Translations under genes and position numbers: made by a program | Notes under the pieces: generated by a model | The model's database searches: none | The model's input: the letters and a program-made list of their open reading frames with translations, nothing else | What the model was told of the DNA's origin: nothing | From: a virus | Lineage: Duplodnaviria > Caudoviricetes | Virus record (IMG/VR): IMGVR_UViG_3300042367_000058 | Coordinates: 2,203 to 66,202 of that record | Reading direction: 5' to 3' (one strand) | DNA: 64,000 bases | Shown: piece after piece, positions 28,454 through 38,583 of the stretch | Numbering within the stretch: position 1 is the stretch's first letter | Layout of the letters: every line of letters begins with the position of its first letter

Positions 28454-31280
28454 TGATGTTCAGTATTTCATCCATGCGCAAGAACTCGGAGTTGGAGGCA
28501 TCAAACTTCAATGCCCGAACCACAGGGGACGCAATCTTCATTCCTTTGGACATGCGCTTGTTGGTGACCTCGATAAAAATGTTCAGGTCGGTCAACTGCT
28601 TGAGCAGGCTCTTGTAGTTGGTTTGTTGCTCGACGCAGAACTTTTTGAACTGATTGGCCGCTATGTAGATGTGCTTGGTGTCTGGCTCGTAACGTACCAG
28701 CAGTGCTCCTCGGGGTTCTTGCAAAGGTAGCGCCGACAAATTGCTTCGGGCATCCACCTCGCCATTGACCACCAAGGTATTGATGTGGTGGCTATCAAGG
28801 AACTCGCCCAATGTGGTGATGGGTGTGGTTTGTGGGGGTTTCACGTCAATTCTCATTTCGCTCAACATTCCTTTCAGCCAGTCATAGACGGCAGTCATAT
28901 CAAAATCATGTAACCCAAGGTGGCGGGAGATTAAACCGCCGGTAATATTGGCCGCGCATACTGCCGACCAAAAACGCTCTCGTGCTGTGAACTGGACTTC
29001 TTTATCCAGTCGGGCTTGAACTTTCTTGAGCAGGTCTTTGGTGTACTCCAGATTGTTCAACACCCACGTAATGTAGATTTCCCCAGCATGGCCGTAGTTG
29101 TCGTTGAGTTGGTGGTCAAACATCTCCTTGCCCTTGGCCACGCCAATCAAGTCGTTGGGCTCAATCTTGTACTCAAGTAACCGTACTTGTTCGCCGTCCG
29201 GTGTGTTCTTCAACCCGCTTAATTTCTCGTAAAAGCTGGCGTTGGCCGAGCACAGGGTCATGTTCTGCCATGAGGTGTTGTTGATGCGCAGTGCATTCTC
29301 TGAACCCTTTTGGCGGTTCTTACCCCGACCATGACTGATGCCATACGCCATGTCCGAGAATTCCTGCGGCTTCATGTTGGTAATCTCGTCGATGGTGTTG
29401 GGGATGTTGTTCATCACACCAAGCTGTTGCATCTTTGCGTTGAGCGTGTCCTTCTCAATCGACATGAGTTCGTAGGGCATCCCGTAGACGCTGTTGCACA
29501 TGCGCAGGATGGTCGATTTTCCTGATCCGGCGTGTTCGTAGATCACGTTGATGATTGCGCCCTTCAAGCCAGTGAACTTCATTAGTGGAGCGCCAAACGC
29601 AGTTAACGCTCCAAAAGCATGAGGCTCCATACCCTTCATGGCGTACAGGTTGAATACTTCCTTCCATGCCTCAAGGGTTCCCTTCTCATGAATCTTGTCG
29701 GCGAAGAATTCGGTTGTTGATGACGGTGGGCTGTAGAACGTACCGTCCTTGGTAATCTCCTTGGTGCCCATAATGAACTTGCTGTCTCCCTCGACCCACC
29801 CAAATTGTGTTCTCATTGTTTCTGCCTTCTTTGTGTACTGCAAATTTTTGACCGATGTGATGACGTAGGTCATCAGGTTCTCGTATTGCTTGTGGTGTGC
29901 CATCACACCCTGTTGCGCAAGTTGCTTGCGTAGCTCATCCTTTGAGGATATTGATGCCGTAGTAATCGCAAACTCTTTCACCCCGTCGTGGGGCAAGTGA
30001 AGTTTGAACAGTGCTATCTCCCCCAGCTCTTTGTCCCTCATGCGCTTGACGACGTACAGGTCGTGCTCGTACACCATCTTGGGTTCTTCTTCGGTGTCCT
30101 CTGGGGGGCGCACATAGATACCGCCTTTCTTACCCCTGAAAAATGGGAATGGGTACTCTGGGATTTGGTGCTTAACTTCCTCACCCTTTTCAGTCTCCAC
30201 CACCACTTCGTTGTCGGCTTCGGTCGCTTCTTCTATTTCTATGCCCAGCACGATTGGGGATGTGATCTTGCCTTTGTGTGGGCAACCATCGCAACCACCG
30301 GGGTTTCGTTCTTCAAATGTCGTGCAGTGGTGTGGGCCACCGCGCTTGCGGGCGTTTCTAAGCTTGTTGTCAACTAGGCTCGGGTCATACTCAGGATGCT
30401 GGTCTGACATTTTGTGCGCGGCACGGTCACCATCTGCACAGAACGCCGCAATCGAGAGGGCTGATACCCACAACGGTTCATCAATCTCACCTTGGTTTTG
30501 GAATACGTAGTTCAGTTGCGCACAGCCGTTCTCGGCCTTGAGCATGATGTTCTTAAACTTCTTGACCTTGTTGCCCATCAACGCTTCCATCATGGGGCTC
30601 ATGGCGGAGGGCGCGAAGTCGGGTGCTTCTTCTACTTCTTTGGGCTCAGGTGCGCCGAGTAGTTCGCGTAGCTTGTCAGTCGGTATCCGTGGGGAGACTT
30701 CGTTCCAAACATTGACTGGCTTGGGTTCCAAGCCCTTCTTCACATTCATCGACTCTGGCACACGCAGAATACGCGATGCCTCGAATACTTTGTCGTCAAC
30801 GATCAAGCCCTGCTCTTTGCAGAGTTGTTTAAGTCGCTTGGCCAGTGGCTCCCACTCTTTGCGGGTCAATGTATCTTCAAGCAACCAGTAAGCATGAACG
30901 CCGTTACCGGAGTTCACCAAGATTGGTTTGGGTAAGCCGATTGCTTTGCAAAACTTTTGAAGCTCTGCCAGCCCTGTTTGCTGGTCGAGGTAGCCTTCAA
31001 TCTTCCCTTTGGAATTCGGTACACCTTTGGTCGGGCCGCAATCAATATCCAGCCAAAGGGCTCGGACAAAGGCTACGTTCTCGTGCGTCCTGTCACCTGC
31101 TGTACCAAACTTGGCACAGCCGAAATACACATTGACTTGTTTGGTGTTGAACTCTTGGATGATCGTCTCGGCATCTTCCCTTGTGTCTGCAAAACGCTGA
31201 TCTACATACTTACCTATGCCAACCACGCAGTACCTACCGTCTGTCGGCAGTACGGTGTCGAGCAAATCAAATGTAGACAT
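28422..31280 (-). CDS. Primase-helicase (RepB/AEP-like primase, Cys cluster, DUF927-like P-loop helicase)
   Basis: WLDID, SGNGVHAYW, RILRVP; GSGKST Walker A; IDE Walker B. Confidence 0.85.
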   Translation of the reverse strand: MSTFDLLDTVLPTDGRYCVVGIGKYVDQRFADTREDAETIIQEFNTKQVNVYFGCAKFGTAGDRTHENVAFVRALWLDIDCGPTKGVPNSKGKIEGYLDQQTGLAELQKFCKAIGLPKPILVNSGNGVHAYWLLEDTLTRKEWEPLAKRLKQLCKEQGLIVDDKVFEASRILRVPESMNVKKGLEPKPVNVWNEVSPRIPTDKLRELLGAPEPKEVEEAPDFAPSAMSPMMEALMGNKVKKFKNIMLKAENGCAQLNYVFQNQGEIDEPLWVSALSIAAFCADGDRAAHKMSDQHPEYDPSLVDNKLRNARKRGGPHHCTTFEERNPGGCDGCPHKGKITSPIVLGIEIEEATEADNEVVVETEKGEEVKHQIPEYPFPFFRGKKGGIYVRPPEDTEEEPKMVYEHDLYVVKRMRDKELGEIALFKLHLPHDGVKEFAITTASISSKDELRKQLAQQGVMAHHKQYENLMTYVITSVKNLQYTKKAETMRTQFGWVEGDSKFIMGTKEITKDGTFYSPPSSTTEFFADKIHEKGTLEAWKEVFNLYAMKGMEPHAFGALTAFGAPLMKFTGLKGAIINVIYEHAGSGKSTILRMCNSVYGMPYELMSIEKDTLNAKMQQLGVMNNIPNTIDEITNMKPQEFSDMAYGISHGRGKNRQKGSENALRINNTSWQNMTLCSANASFYEKLSGLKNTPDGEQVRLLEYKIEPNDLIGVAKGKEMFDHQLNDNYGHAGEIYITWVLNNLEYTKDLLKKVQARLDKEVQFTARERFWSAVCAANITGGLISRHLGLHDFDMTAVYDWLKGMLSEMRIDVKPPQTTPITTLGEFLDSHHINTLVVNGEVDARSNLSALPLQEPRGALLVRYEPDTKHIYIAANQFKKFCVEQQTNYKSLLKQLTDLNIFIEVTNKRMSKGMKIASPVVRALKFDASNSEFLRMDEILNINENRDGGVPA

Positions 31281-31282
31281 TG

Positions 31283-31522
31283 TTATCCGTGTTTTTTGTG
31301 CCGTGCCATGAAACGCTCGATCTGCTCGCTGTGGTCGGGGGATGGGGCGAACTCGCCCACGAACCAGTTGTAAACCGTAGTACGGCTCACACCCAGTGCC
31401 TCCGCAACTTTCGTTGCTGGAATCCCCCGCACAACGCAGAAGCGACCCAAGGCTACGCCCAAAGATTTAGCGTTGGCTTTTTTGTTCGCCGCAACCAAAC
31501 TCTGGCTGTAACCATAGGTCAT
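31283..31522 (-). CDS. Cro/XRE-like HTH DNA-binding protein
   Basis: ATKVAEALGVSRTTVYNW. Confidence 0.85.
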   Translation of the reverse strand: MTYGYSQSLVAANKKANAKSLGVALGRFCVVRGIPATKVAEALGVSRTTVYNWFVGEFAPSPDHSEQIERFMARHKKHG

Positions 31523-31525
31523 GCG

Positions 31526-32434
31526 TTACTCCTCGTCCGTCCAAGCCGCAACCACAGAGTCCAAGCTTTTCTTGGGTACGGGTGTGACTTCAGCGGCCTT
31601 CTTGGATTCGCGCTTCTTGGGCTCTTCCACTGCTTCAGCTTCGGCGGCAGGTGCGGCGGCTTTGGGCGTTTCAGCTTTAGGGGCTTCCAGCTTTGGCGCA
31701 CGGCCTGACACATCGGCTTGATACGGTGTCATCACAACCATCTTCTGCACTTCGGGAAGCACGGCCACTTTGCTGGTGATCGCGTGTTCGCCCTTGTTGA
31801 TGAAGCGTACTGGTGTGAACAGGATGGATTGGTTGTCGTTGTCTTCATTGAAGCTCAACTGTGTAACAACGTAGTCCAAGCTCTTGCCATTGTTGGCCAA
31901 GTACTTGGTGTAGCTCTCAAAGGGATGCGTGTTGTCGCCAACGCTATCGCCGAACAGTGACTTGGAAGCCAAGTTCATTTGATACACAGAACCTTCAAGC
32001 GAAGTACCAAAGTCTTCTTCCAACGTCACAGCGATGCGGCGTGAGTAGCGGCAAGCTTTGGAGTTGCCCATACCTGAACCCTTGATGTTTTGCTCGCACG
32101 AATCGCAACGGTCAGATTGCTTATTCGCGGAACCTGCATCGGGCACATTGCCGTCATTGGAGAAACAGTCAGGCGCAGTTGGCTCAGCTTCGGGGCTCCA
32201 TTGTTTTGCGTAGAAGATACGACCAACTTTGGGGGAAGCGTTGACAACGACAACATTCAAGTCGCCTTTGACCTTACCCATTTCTTCACCGCCCACAACC
32301 TTACGGAAGATTCCGTTCTTGGGGACGATTCGTTTAACGCCGGTACGACCAGCGAGTTGTTTTGTAAGCTCACTGACTCCAGCGGTTTGCAGAAAGTCGG
32401 GGAGGTCTTGGTTTAGCAAAGTGATGTTGCTCAT
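31526..32434 (-). CDS. Putative single-stranded DNA-binding protein
   Basis: Position in replication module, Cys motifs, acidic/aromatic C-terminus WTDEE. Confidence 0.55.
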   Translation of the reverse strand: MSNITLLNQDLPDFLQTAGVSELTKQLAGRTGVKRIVPKNGIFRKVVGGEEMGKVKGDLNVVVVNASPKVGRIFYAKQWSPEAEPTAPDCFSNDGNVPDAGSANKQSDRCDSCEQNIKGSGMGNSKACRYSRRIAVTLEEDFGTSLEGSVYQMNLASKSLFGDSVGDNTHPFESYTKYLANNGKSLDYVVTQLSFNEDNDNQSILFTPVRFINKGEHAITSKVAVLPEVQKMVVMTPYQADVSGRAPKLEAPKAETPKAAAPAAEAEAVEEPKKRESKKAAEVTPVPKKSLDSVVAAWTDEE

Positions 32435-32437
32435 TTT

Positions 32438-32866
32438 TCAGTTTTCCTTAGAACGTCTAACAACCACGGTGTATTCGCTCTCTACATTCAAGCCCATAGG
32501 GAGCAGGTCGGGATTCTCGGAAAGAAACTCCTTCATGTGTGTCTGATGAAGTCTCTTCTCCAGCAAGCCATACGCATCGTTTTCTTTGATGAAGCGATAC
32601 ATAGAATCCCAATCATTCGTCCAGTACCGTGACTTTACGGAACGAACAATCGTGCCAGCTTTTGTGCGAATGCTGTCGGCATTCATGTTCTTGCAAATCT
32701 CAAGCATCTCCAGCTCAAGCACACTCATCTGTTCTTCCAGATTGGCGTACTGCTGTTTGTAGTCTGCGGTGAGTTTGTCTTTGGCATCGCGCATCTTGAT
32801 GTAGATGGCGGTGAGTTTGTCGAGGGGGATAGAGGGTTGTTCCCCCTGAACTTCTAATGCGTCCAT
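32438..32866 (-). CDS. Conserved replication-module protein
   Basis: SD GGAG; coiled coil, DWDSMY..LLEKR. Confidence 0.7.
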   Translation of the reverse strand: MDALEVQGEQPSIPLDKLTAIYIKMRDAKDKLTADYKQQYANLEEQMSVLELEMLEICKNMNADSIRTKAGTIVRSVKSRYWTNDWDSMYRFIKENDAYGLLEKRLHQTHMKEFLSENPDLLPMGLNVESEYTVVVRRSKEN

Positions 32867-32893
32867 AGTTAGCTCCAGTTGATTTGTGGTTTT

Positions 32894-32921
32894 AGTCTAT
32901 CACAGAACTTAACATTGTCAA
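32894..32921 (-). promoter_or_regulatory. sigma70-like promoter
   Basis: TTGACA-16-TAGACT on the - strand. Confidence 0.55.
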
Positions 32922-34306
32922 GTACCTTCGGAAATTATTTCTTGCTTGTACAAATCAATAATTTTCGTGTGGTGTGCAATGTTGCCCCGCAGGTGGGCGT
33001 ACATCTTTGTCTCTATCGGACTGCCTGTTATATGCACGATGGTCATTGGGTTGACCTGACCGGGGCGGTCAATTCGGGCATTGGCTTGTAGATACGTCTC
33101 CACGCTGGAGCAGGGAGCGTACCAGATGATCGTGTCGGCGGCAGTTAGGGTAAGTCCGTGGGATGCCGCTTGTGGTTGGATGATGAGAACTTTGGGGTGT
33201 ACACCGTCCTGAAATTGTTTTACCAATTCGGAGCGTCTATTGACAGGCACATCTCCATTGATGATTTCGCAGGTGATGCCGTGCTTGACCAAGTGCTTCT
33301 CAAGCAACTCAATGGTGTGGGTGAACGGAACAAACACCAGCACCTTGTGGCTCGATTCGTCAATAACTTCTTGCACCACGTTCAGGCGGTTAGATACGTC
33401 AAACTCTAGGACTTCTCCAGTATCCGTATACACAGCACCGCCGGATATTTGAAGTAGCTTGTTGAGCTTCACAGCGGCGTTGACCGCAGAGATTTCTTCG
33501 CCGTCTGCCTCAATCAGCATTTGCTTCTTGAGCACGTTGTAGTACTTCAACTGCTGTGGGGTCAGGGGCGCGTCACGCTCGGTGAAAGTCACAGGCGGCA
33601 GGTCGAGACACTGCTTCTTCTCAAACCGAATGGCGGGTTGCAGTGCCTTGTGAACGATGTGCTTGGACTCGGGGCGTGGTATCCAGCGGTATTTACTGAC
33701 CTTGGCCATGACCTGATCTCTGAACTGCCCATAGAACATCGGGATACCTTGGGGGTTGACCAGCTTTGCCAATCCGTAAGCATCCGTAGGCGCTTGGGCG
33801 GCGGGCGTTCCAGTCAACATCCACAAGCCACGTATAACTTTTGTTAGGTCGCGCAAATCTTTCCATCTGTCTGTCTGAGCATTCTTATACGCTGACGCTT
33901 CATCCACCACGATCAAATCGAACCCACCGGCCAAGATTTCTTTCTTGACGATGTCCACCCCATCAAAATTGATGACGACAAACTCTGACCCCGCATTGAT
34001 GATCTCTTTGCGCTTCTTGGCAGAACCGTGTGCAACCGACACCGTGCGGTGGATTGCAAACTTGAACAAGTCCTGTTGCCATGCCGACTTCATGATCGAC
34101 AAAGGGCAGATCACCAACACACGCTTCACTAACCCTCGTTGCATCAAATAGTCAACTGCCCAAATCACTGATGCTGTCTTGCCTGTCCCCTGCTCGTTAA
34201 AGCAGAACGCCTTGTTGTTGGTCGTGAGGAACTCGGCTGTAATCTTCTGATGATCGAACGGTGTGAACCCGTGTGGACGGGGCCACGAATACTCTGATGA
34301 GTTCAT
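32918..34306 (-). CDS. SNF2-family helicase
   Basis: EQGTGKT, VDEAS, LTGTP, HGLTLT, QANARIDRPGQ. Confidence 0.92.
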   Translation of the reverse strand: MNSSEYSWPRPHGFTPFDHQKITAEFLTTNNKAFCFNEQGTGKTASVIWAVDYLMQRGLVKRVLVICPLSIMKSAWQQDLFKFAIHRTVSVAHGSAKKRKEIINAGSEFVVINFDGVDIVKKEILAGGFDLIVVDEASAYKNAQTDRWKDLRDLTKVIRGLWMLTGTPAAQAPTDAYGLAKLVNPQGIPMFYGQFRDQVMAKVSKYRWIPRPESKHIVHKALQPAIRFEKKQCLDLPPVTFTERDAPLTPQQLKYYNVLKKQMLIEADGEEISAVNAAVKLNKLLQISGGAVYTDTGEVLEFDVSNRLNVVQEVIDESSHKVLVFVPFTHTIELLEKHLVKHGITCEIINGDVPVNRRSELVKQFQDGVHPKVLIIQPQAASHGLTLTAADTIIWYAPCSSVETYLQANARIDRPGQVNPMTIVHITGSPIETKMYAHLRGNIAHHTKIIDLYKQEIISEGT

Positions 34307-34578
34307 TTTTTTGACTTGTTGACTTTGACCGTGTGGTCAGAGTTTCGGGTGAATGATCGGTTGGCGCTTGGGGTCTTGAGCTTAAGATTGCTCTTAGCAT
34401 TTGTTCCCCCTTTGGACAAGGGAACCACATGGTCGATGTCCTTTCCAGTACGGTCAATGCCCTTCTTGTCCATCTCGTTTCTTGCACGTTGTCTATCCAT
34501 TCTTGTTTCATGTTCGCCGCGAGCTTTCTGTTGCTCGTATTCTTTTTTGTAGGGGCGGGGTTTGTTTACGTACGGCAT
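34303..34578 (-). CDS. HNH endonuclease
   Basis: DIDHVVPLSKGGTN..SNL.....NR. Confidence 0.85.
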   Translation of the reverse strand: MPYVNKPRPYKKEYEQQKARGEHETRMDRQRARNEMDKKGIDRTGKDIDHVVPLSKGGTNAKSNLKLKTPSANRSFTRNSDHTVKVNKSKK

Positions 34579-34599
34579 GGTGTCACCTCTGCATTTGGG

Positions 34600-35193
34600 T
34601 TATTGTTTAGTCCTGTCTCTAATATTGAACCAAGCATTTGGCCCATCAGAGGTTTTCATCTTATATCCTAAGTACAAGGCCGCGCAAATGAATTCTCCAT
34701 TTGCAATGTAGCTATCAAAATGGCGTTCCACTATATGTTTCCACGTATAGCTAGATACTTTTGTATTGACGGTTTTACGGCGCTCCGTAGCGTCGTGCCG
34801 CAGTAGCCACTCAACACATTTTTGCACTGCCTCGGGGCGAATATCACCTTGACCCCCAAAGCCAAACTGCGTCAGCCTTGGGTGTTTTTCTTGTATGTTC
34901 TCAACAACGATCTGGTACTCATGAATCTCTGGGTAATCAGATGCTTCATCGGGGTACTCCACATGCCATCCATCATCGTCCTTTACATACATAACATCGG
35001 GTACGCCATTGACGTAGGTGTTAATTATGTTGCACTCGGGGTCTACATTTGTAAAACAGTTAATCACACTTGTCATATCCGGCACGTTTAATTCGGGCAA
35101 GTACAAATGTCCCATGCGCGAGTCAACGTCAATCACAATCTGTGAGATATTGCACATCACGTTCCATCCGTTTTCTGATAGTCCTTTTATCAT
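34600..35193 (-). CDS. Hypothetical accessory protein (AT-richer)
   Basis: SD GGAG; SSY..KH..E....Y..NGEFI motif. Confidence 0.7.
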   Translation of the reverse strand: MIKGLSENGWNVMCNISQIVIDVDSRMGHLYLPELNVPDMTSVINCFTNVDPECNIINTYVNGVPDVMYVKDDDGWHVEYPDEASDYPEIHEYQIVVENIQEKHPRLTQFGFGGQGDIRPEAVQKCVEWLLRHDATERRKTVNTKVSSYTWKHIVERHFDSYIANGEFICAALYLGYKMKTSDGPNAWFNIRDRTKQ

Positions 35194-35195
35194 TG

Positions 35196-35858
35196 TTAGC
35201 TCCTGTTGTATTCACACTGTTTGACAGCGCAGAACTTGCACAGTGGCCCACTGCTTGGGTTCCATACGCCGTTCTCTAATGCGGCTTCGATTCGTGCCAC
35301 ATCTTTTGTCGGCTTCTCTAGGTACTTTGTCATCATTTCCCTGTGGTGTTCAGCCCGAACAAACTCCTTGCTCACTGTGAAGATCAGGGCAGACTTCACC
35401 CGATTGATCTTAGGGAACTTGGCGAAGATACCCGCAGCCACAAGGTCGAGTTGCTTGGTATCGGCGTACCGTGCGCTCTTGCTGGTCTTGTAGTCGGCAG
35501 AGTGCGCCAAACCTTTTCCCTCGTTCAGCACAACCAAGTCGGCAATGCCGTGCCACCACACATCGGGCGCACTGAACTCGCAAGCTTTCAAGTCCTTGGT
35601 CAGCCCAAGCTTGACCTCGCACAGCTTCTCACCCTCAATCTTTTTCAAGGCATCCAGTGTGCCCTGCATGTACTCAAACTGGGGCGGGATTGACTTGTCG
35701 TCACGGATGTATTCTTCTGCTACGGTATGAGCAGTCTTGCCGTACAGCGTTGCCGTTGTGTCAGGCTCAACAACATCCTTGGCTATCTTGGTGTGATAGT
35801 ACTTCTTGGGGCATTGCTGAAATGTTTTCAGGCTACTGAACGACCATACGATACTCAT
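35196..35858 (-). CDS. PD-(D/E)XK exonuclease (Cas4/RecB-like)
   Basis: N-terminal C, G...H, D...DYKTS, C-terminal CxxC-x5-C. Confidence 0.85.
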   Translation of the reverse strand: MSIVWSFSSLKTFQQCPKKYYHTKIAKDVVEPDTTATLYGKTAHTVAEEYIRDDKSIPPQFEYMQGTLDALKKIEGEKLCEVKLGLTKDLKACEFSAPDVWWHGIADLVVLNEGKGLAHSADYKTSKSARYADTKQLDLVAAGIFAKFPKINRVKSALIFTVSKEFVRAEHHREMMTKYLEKPTKDVARIEAALENGVWNPSSGPLCKFCAVKQCEYNRS

Positions 35859-37679
35859 TTAACAGTCTCCATAAGATTTGCCATACCCTGCTTCGCAGTT
35901 CAGGGGTAGCCCAGATGCCCACGACGGGCGTATACGCATACACAATTCAACGTACTCCTTAGCTGTTTCAGCCTCGGCCTCCGGTGCAATACAAGCGATG
36001 GCGTCATGGACGGTCATCACCACACGGTACTTCTTGGCGATCATCAGCATCTGCTCCCCTATCACGATACGTGCAAGGGCTTGGCATACGTTCTCTACCA
36101 CCTTGCCGCCGTAGATTCGGTTGGGGATGATAGCTTTGCCTTTCTTGGTGTCGTACACAAGCTCGATCTTGTTGTTTTCTTCGTCCACTTTTTGGCGCAG
36201 GTTGGGGTATTTCAAGCGCAGTCCGTTGGGTAACAGGATGCCGTCCGACCCATCTACCTTGAGAATGCCGCCCCGACCAAAGGATGTGGTCTGTTCACTG
36301 ATGATTGCGGGGAGCACATTGGCCGCCGCTTTCCATAGCTCGGGGATGCGTGGGTATGTTCGTCGGTACGTGTCGATGATTCGTTTCGCCTCATCCTCTG
36401 ATACCTCCACTCCAAAAGTTTTGAGTTGCGCTCTAAACTTAATCGCACCCATACCATAGCCAGCCCCAAGAATCGTCGTCTTACCGACAAACCGTTCATC
36501 CTTCGTAATTGCGTTGATCGCCTTGCCATAGATAGCCGATGCCATGATTTTGTATACATCTTCGCCTTTCTCAAATGCTTCCACCAAATCGTCCTGTCCA
36601 GCCAGCCATGCCAGCGTCCGCGCTTCAATCTGCGATGAGTCCGAGTCAATCATCACGTCACCATAGGGCGCAAGGATGGCTTTCTTCAAGGGCGATGTGC
36701 GTTGCAAGTTTTGCAAGTTGATCTTGTCGTCACCACCCCACCGTCCTGTGTGGGCGGCGTAGTAGCGCAGGGGAACTGGCATTGGCCCTCGGGAGGCAAT
36801 CCCAATGAACCGCTCGGTGCGGGTCTCTTCAATCGTGGACTTCGTACCCAGCCGTGCGGCAACCACCGCTTGCACCATTGTGTCCTCGTGCTCAAGCAGG
36901 GCTTTGAACTCCTCATCCGTCTTAGAGAACGCAAAGGTCTGTTTGCCAGTGGTGGGGCTCTTCTTCATGGGCGGCTGAACACCGAGCGATACAAGCAAGT
37001 CGGCAAACTGCGGGTTGCTCATCAAGGTGTCTTTGTCAAAGCTGGTAAGCAGGTTGGCCTTGCGTATTTGCTCTGACGTCAGGTGTGCTTCCAACATGTG
37101 CTTATCCAACTGCAACACTGGCTCGGTGAACATGCGCACAGTCAGGTCAATCAGCCGTAGCTCAATCTTCGGGAACCCTTGGCTCATGTGCCCGAACAAA
37201 TCCCATGTCAGTGCCACATCGTTCTTGCAGTAGATACTGTAGTCAACCAATTCTTCCTTGCTGAAGTTTTTGCGGAAGTAATTGATGTACTGCTTGACCT
37301 GTTCACCCTTGACCCCAAGGCCGTAGTAAGCGGCCAGCACCGCTAGGCTTCCACCCACTTGCGTACCATGAAGCGCACGTGCCATGCTCAACGTGTCAAG
37401 CCAACCCTTGGGCGTGATGCCGTACTGCCAATTCAGAATAGCTCCGTCAAATGGTGCGTTGTGCGCCAGCGCAAGGGAGTTTTTCCAGTCGTACTTGTTC
37501 AAGAACTCGTACATCTTTTGGTGTGTACCGCTGAACCACACCGGCTCGCCATCGTTTACCTGTACCGCCGCACCGATAACCTCAAAGCGTGGGTCTCGGA
37601 TGTACTCCTCGGTGGTTTGCTTGGCGAACCCAAGGTCACCGCCGTAGGCTGTCTCAAAGTCGATTGTTATTATTTTCAT
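35859..37679 (-). CDS. polA: Family A DNA polymerase with 3'-5' exonuclease
   Basis: DFET, HNAPFD, DSSQIEAR, RFVGKTTILGAGYG, TVHDA. Confidence 0.93.
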   Translation of the reverse strand: MKIITIDFETAYGGDLGFAKQTTEEYIRDPRFEVIGAAVQVNDGEPVWFSGTHQKMYEFLNKYDWKNSLALAHNAPFDGAILNWQYGITPKGWLDTLSMARALHGTQVGGSLAVLAAYYGLGVKGEQVKQYINYFRKNFSKEELVDYSIYCKNDVALTWDLFGHMSQGFPKIELRLIDLTVRMFTEPVLQLDKHMLEAHLTSEQIRKANLLTSFDKDTLMSNPQFADLLVSLGVQPPMKKSPTTGKQTFAFSKTDEEFKALLEHEDTMVQAVVAARLGTKSTIEETRTERFIGIASRGPMPVPLRYYAAHTGRWGGDDKINLQNLQRTSPLKKAILAPYGDVMIDSDSSQIEARTLAWLAGQDDLVEAFEKGEDVYKIMASAIYGKAINAITKDERFVGKTTILGAGYGMGAIKFRAQLKTFGVEVSEDEAKRIIDTYRRTYPRIPELWKAAANVLPAIISEQTTSFGRGGILKVDGSDGILLPNGLRLKYPNLRQKVDEENNKIELVYDTKKGKAIIPNRIYGGKVVENVCQALARIVIGEQMLMIAKKYRVVMTVHDAIACIAPEAEAETAKEYVELCMRIRPSWASGLPLNCEAGYGKSYGDC

Positions 37680-37972
37680 TGTTTCATCAGTTGGATAAGT
37701 TGCTCAAGGTATTCGAGTTGGGCTTCGGCGATCACAGCGGCTGTGCCACCTGCCTCTTTTATTTCTCGAAGATTCTTTTCTTGCAGTGCTGTGGTCGTGC
37801 CTTTACCCGCCTTGGCTTCAATTGCAAGGAAGTTTCCGTTGACACAGCATAGAAAGTCGGGGACTCCTGAGTTGCCGTAGCCAGTGCCGATGGGCATGGC
37901 GTAGTAGACACCGTAGTCTTTCAGGATTTTTTTGATCTTGGCCTTTACCTTGGCCTCGGGCGTGGTCGCCAT
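37676..37972 (-). CDS. VRR-NUC nuclease (resolvase-like)
   Basis: PE..V, GVPD, IEAKA, LQ. Confidence 0.88.
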   Translation of the reverse strand: MATTPEAKVKAKIKKILKDYGVYYAMPIGTGYGNSGVPDFLCCVNGNFLAIEAKAGKGTTTALQEKNLREIKEAGGTAAVIAEAQLEYLEQLIQLMKQ

Positions 37973-38000
37973 CTAACACTCCAGTCGTTTTCAAGCCGTG

Positions 38001-38028
38001 AATATAGCATACAACTGAACAATGTCAA
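38001..38028 (-). promoter_or_regulatory. sigma70-like promoter for replication operon
   Basis: TTGACA-16-TATATT with TG extension. Confidence 0.65.
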
Positions 38029-38037
38029 GCATAGACG

Positions 38038-38062
38038 AAAAAAAGCCACCCGAAGGTGGCTT
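38038..38062 (-). terminator. Intrinsic terminator
   Basis: aagccacc-cgaa-ggtggctt hairpin plus U-tract on the - strand. Confidence 0.8.
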
Positions 38063-38082
38063 AGGACTTTCCCTAACAAATG

Positions 38083-38583
38083 TTAGATTCTTTGTGTGGC
38101 CAGTTTCTCGTGCAAGATACCGATCTCTCGATCAAGATACCAACGGGCTTTCTCCAAATCTTGTAGCTTGTCACCCTTGTGATCTGATCGTGTGACGTAC
38201 TTCACCACGTTGCCCAAGTGATACGTCAAGCCCTTGGCCTCGATGAAGTCGATGGTCTCGATTCCACCTACCTTGTAATGGGTAGGGTGATTCACTGGGT
38301 CGGAGGCTGGCTCAACCATTGTGATGGGGGTGTTGCTTGTCTCCACCAGTAGTGTTTTCCACCGTGACTCTTTGCGCCCCTTGCCGATCTCATACATACG
38401 ACCAGCGTCCTTCACTGCACTGTTCTCCATCTTCTTCTTAACCATGTACGCAACTTGGTACGTGGTCTTGAACTCCTTGGCTACTGCCGCCACACTAGCG
38501 GTCGGGTGCGTAGTGAAGTACTTGCGCATCTTTGCGGCGCGGCTGTTTCCGTGGGGCTTAGTTGATTTCTTTGCTGTTGCCAT
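38083..38583 (-). CDS. DUF3310 (SaV-like) protein with N-terminal HTH-like region
   Basis: DPVNHPTHY..GIETIDFI..GNVVKY..R..K...DLEKARWY. Confidence 0.85.
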   Translation of the reverse strand: MATAKKSTKPHGNSRAAKMRKYFTTHPTASVAAVAKEFKTTYQVAYMVKKKMENSAVKDAGRMYEIGKGRKESRWKTLLVETSNTPITMVEPASDPVNHPTHYKVGGIETIDFIEAKGLTYHLGNVVKYVTRSDHKGDKLQDLEKARWYLDREIGILHEKLATQRI

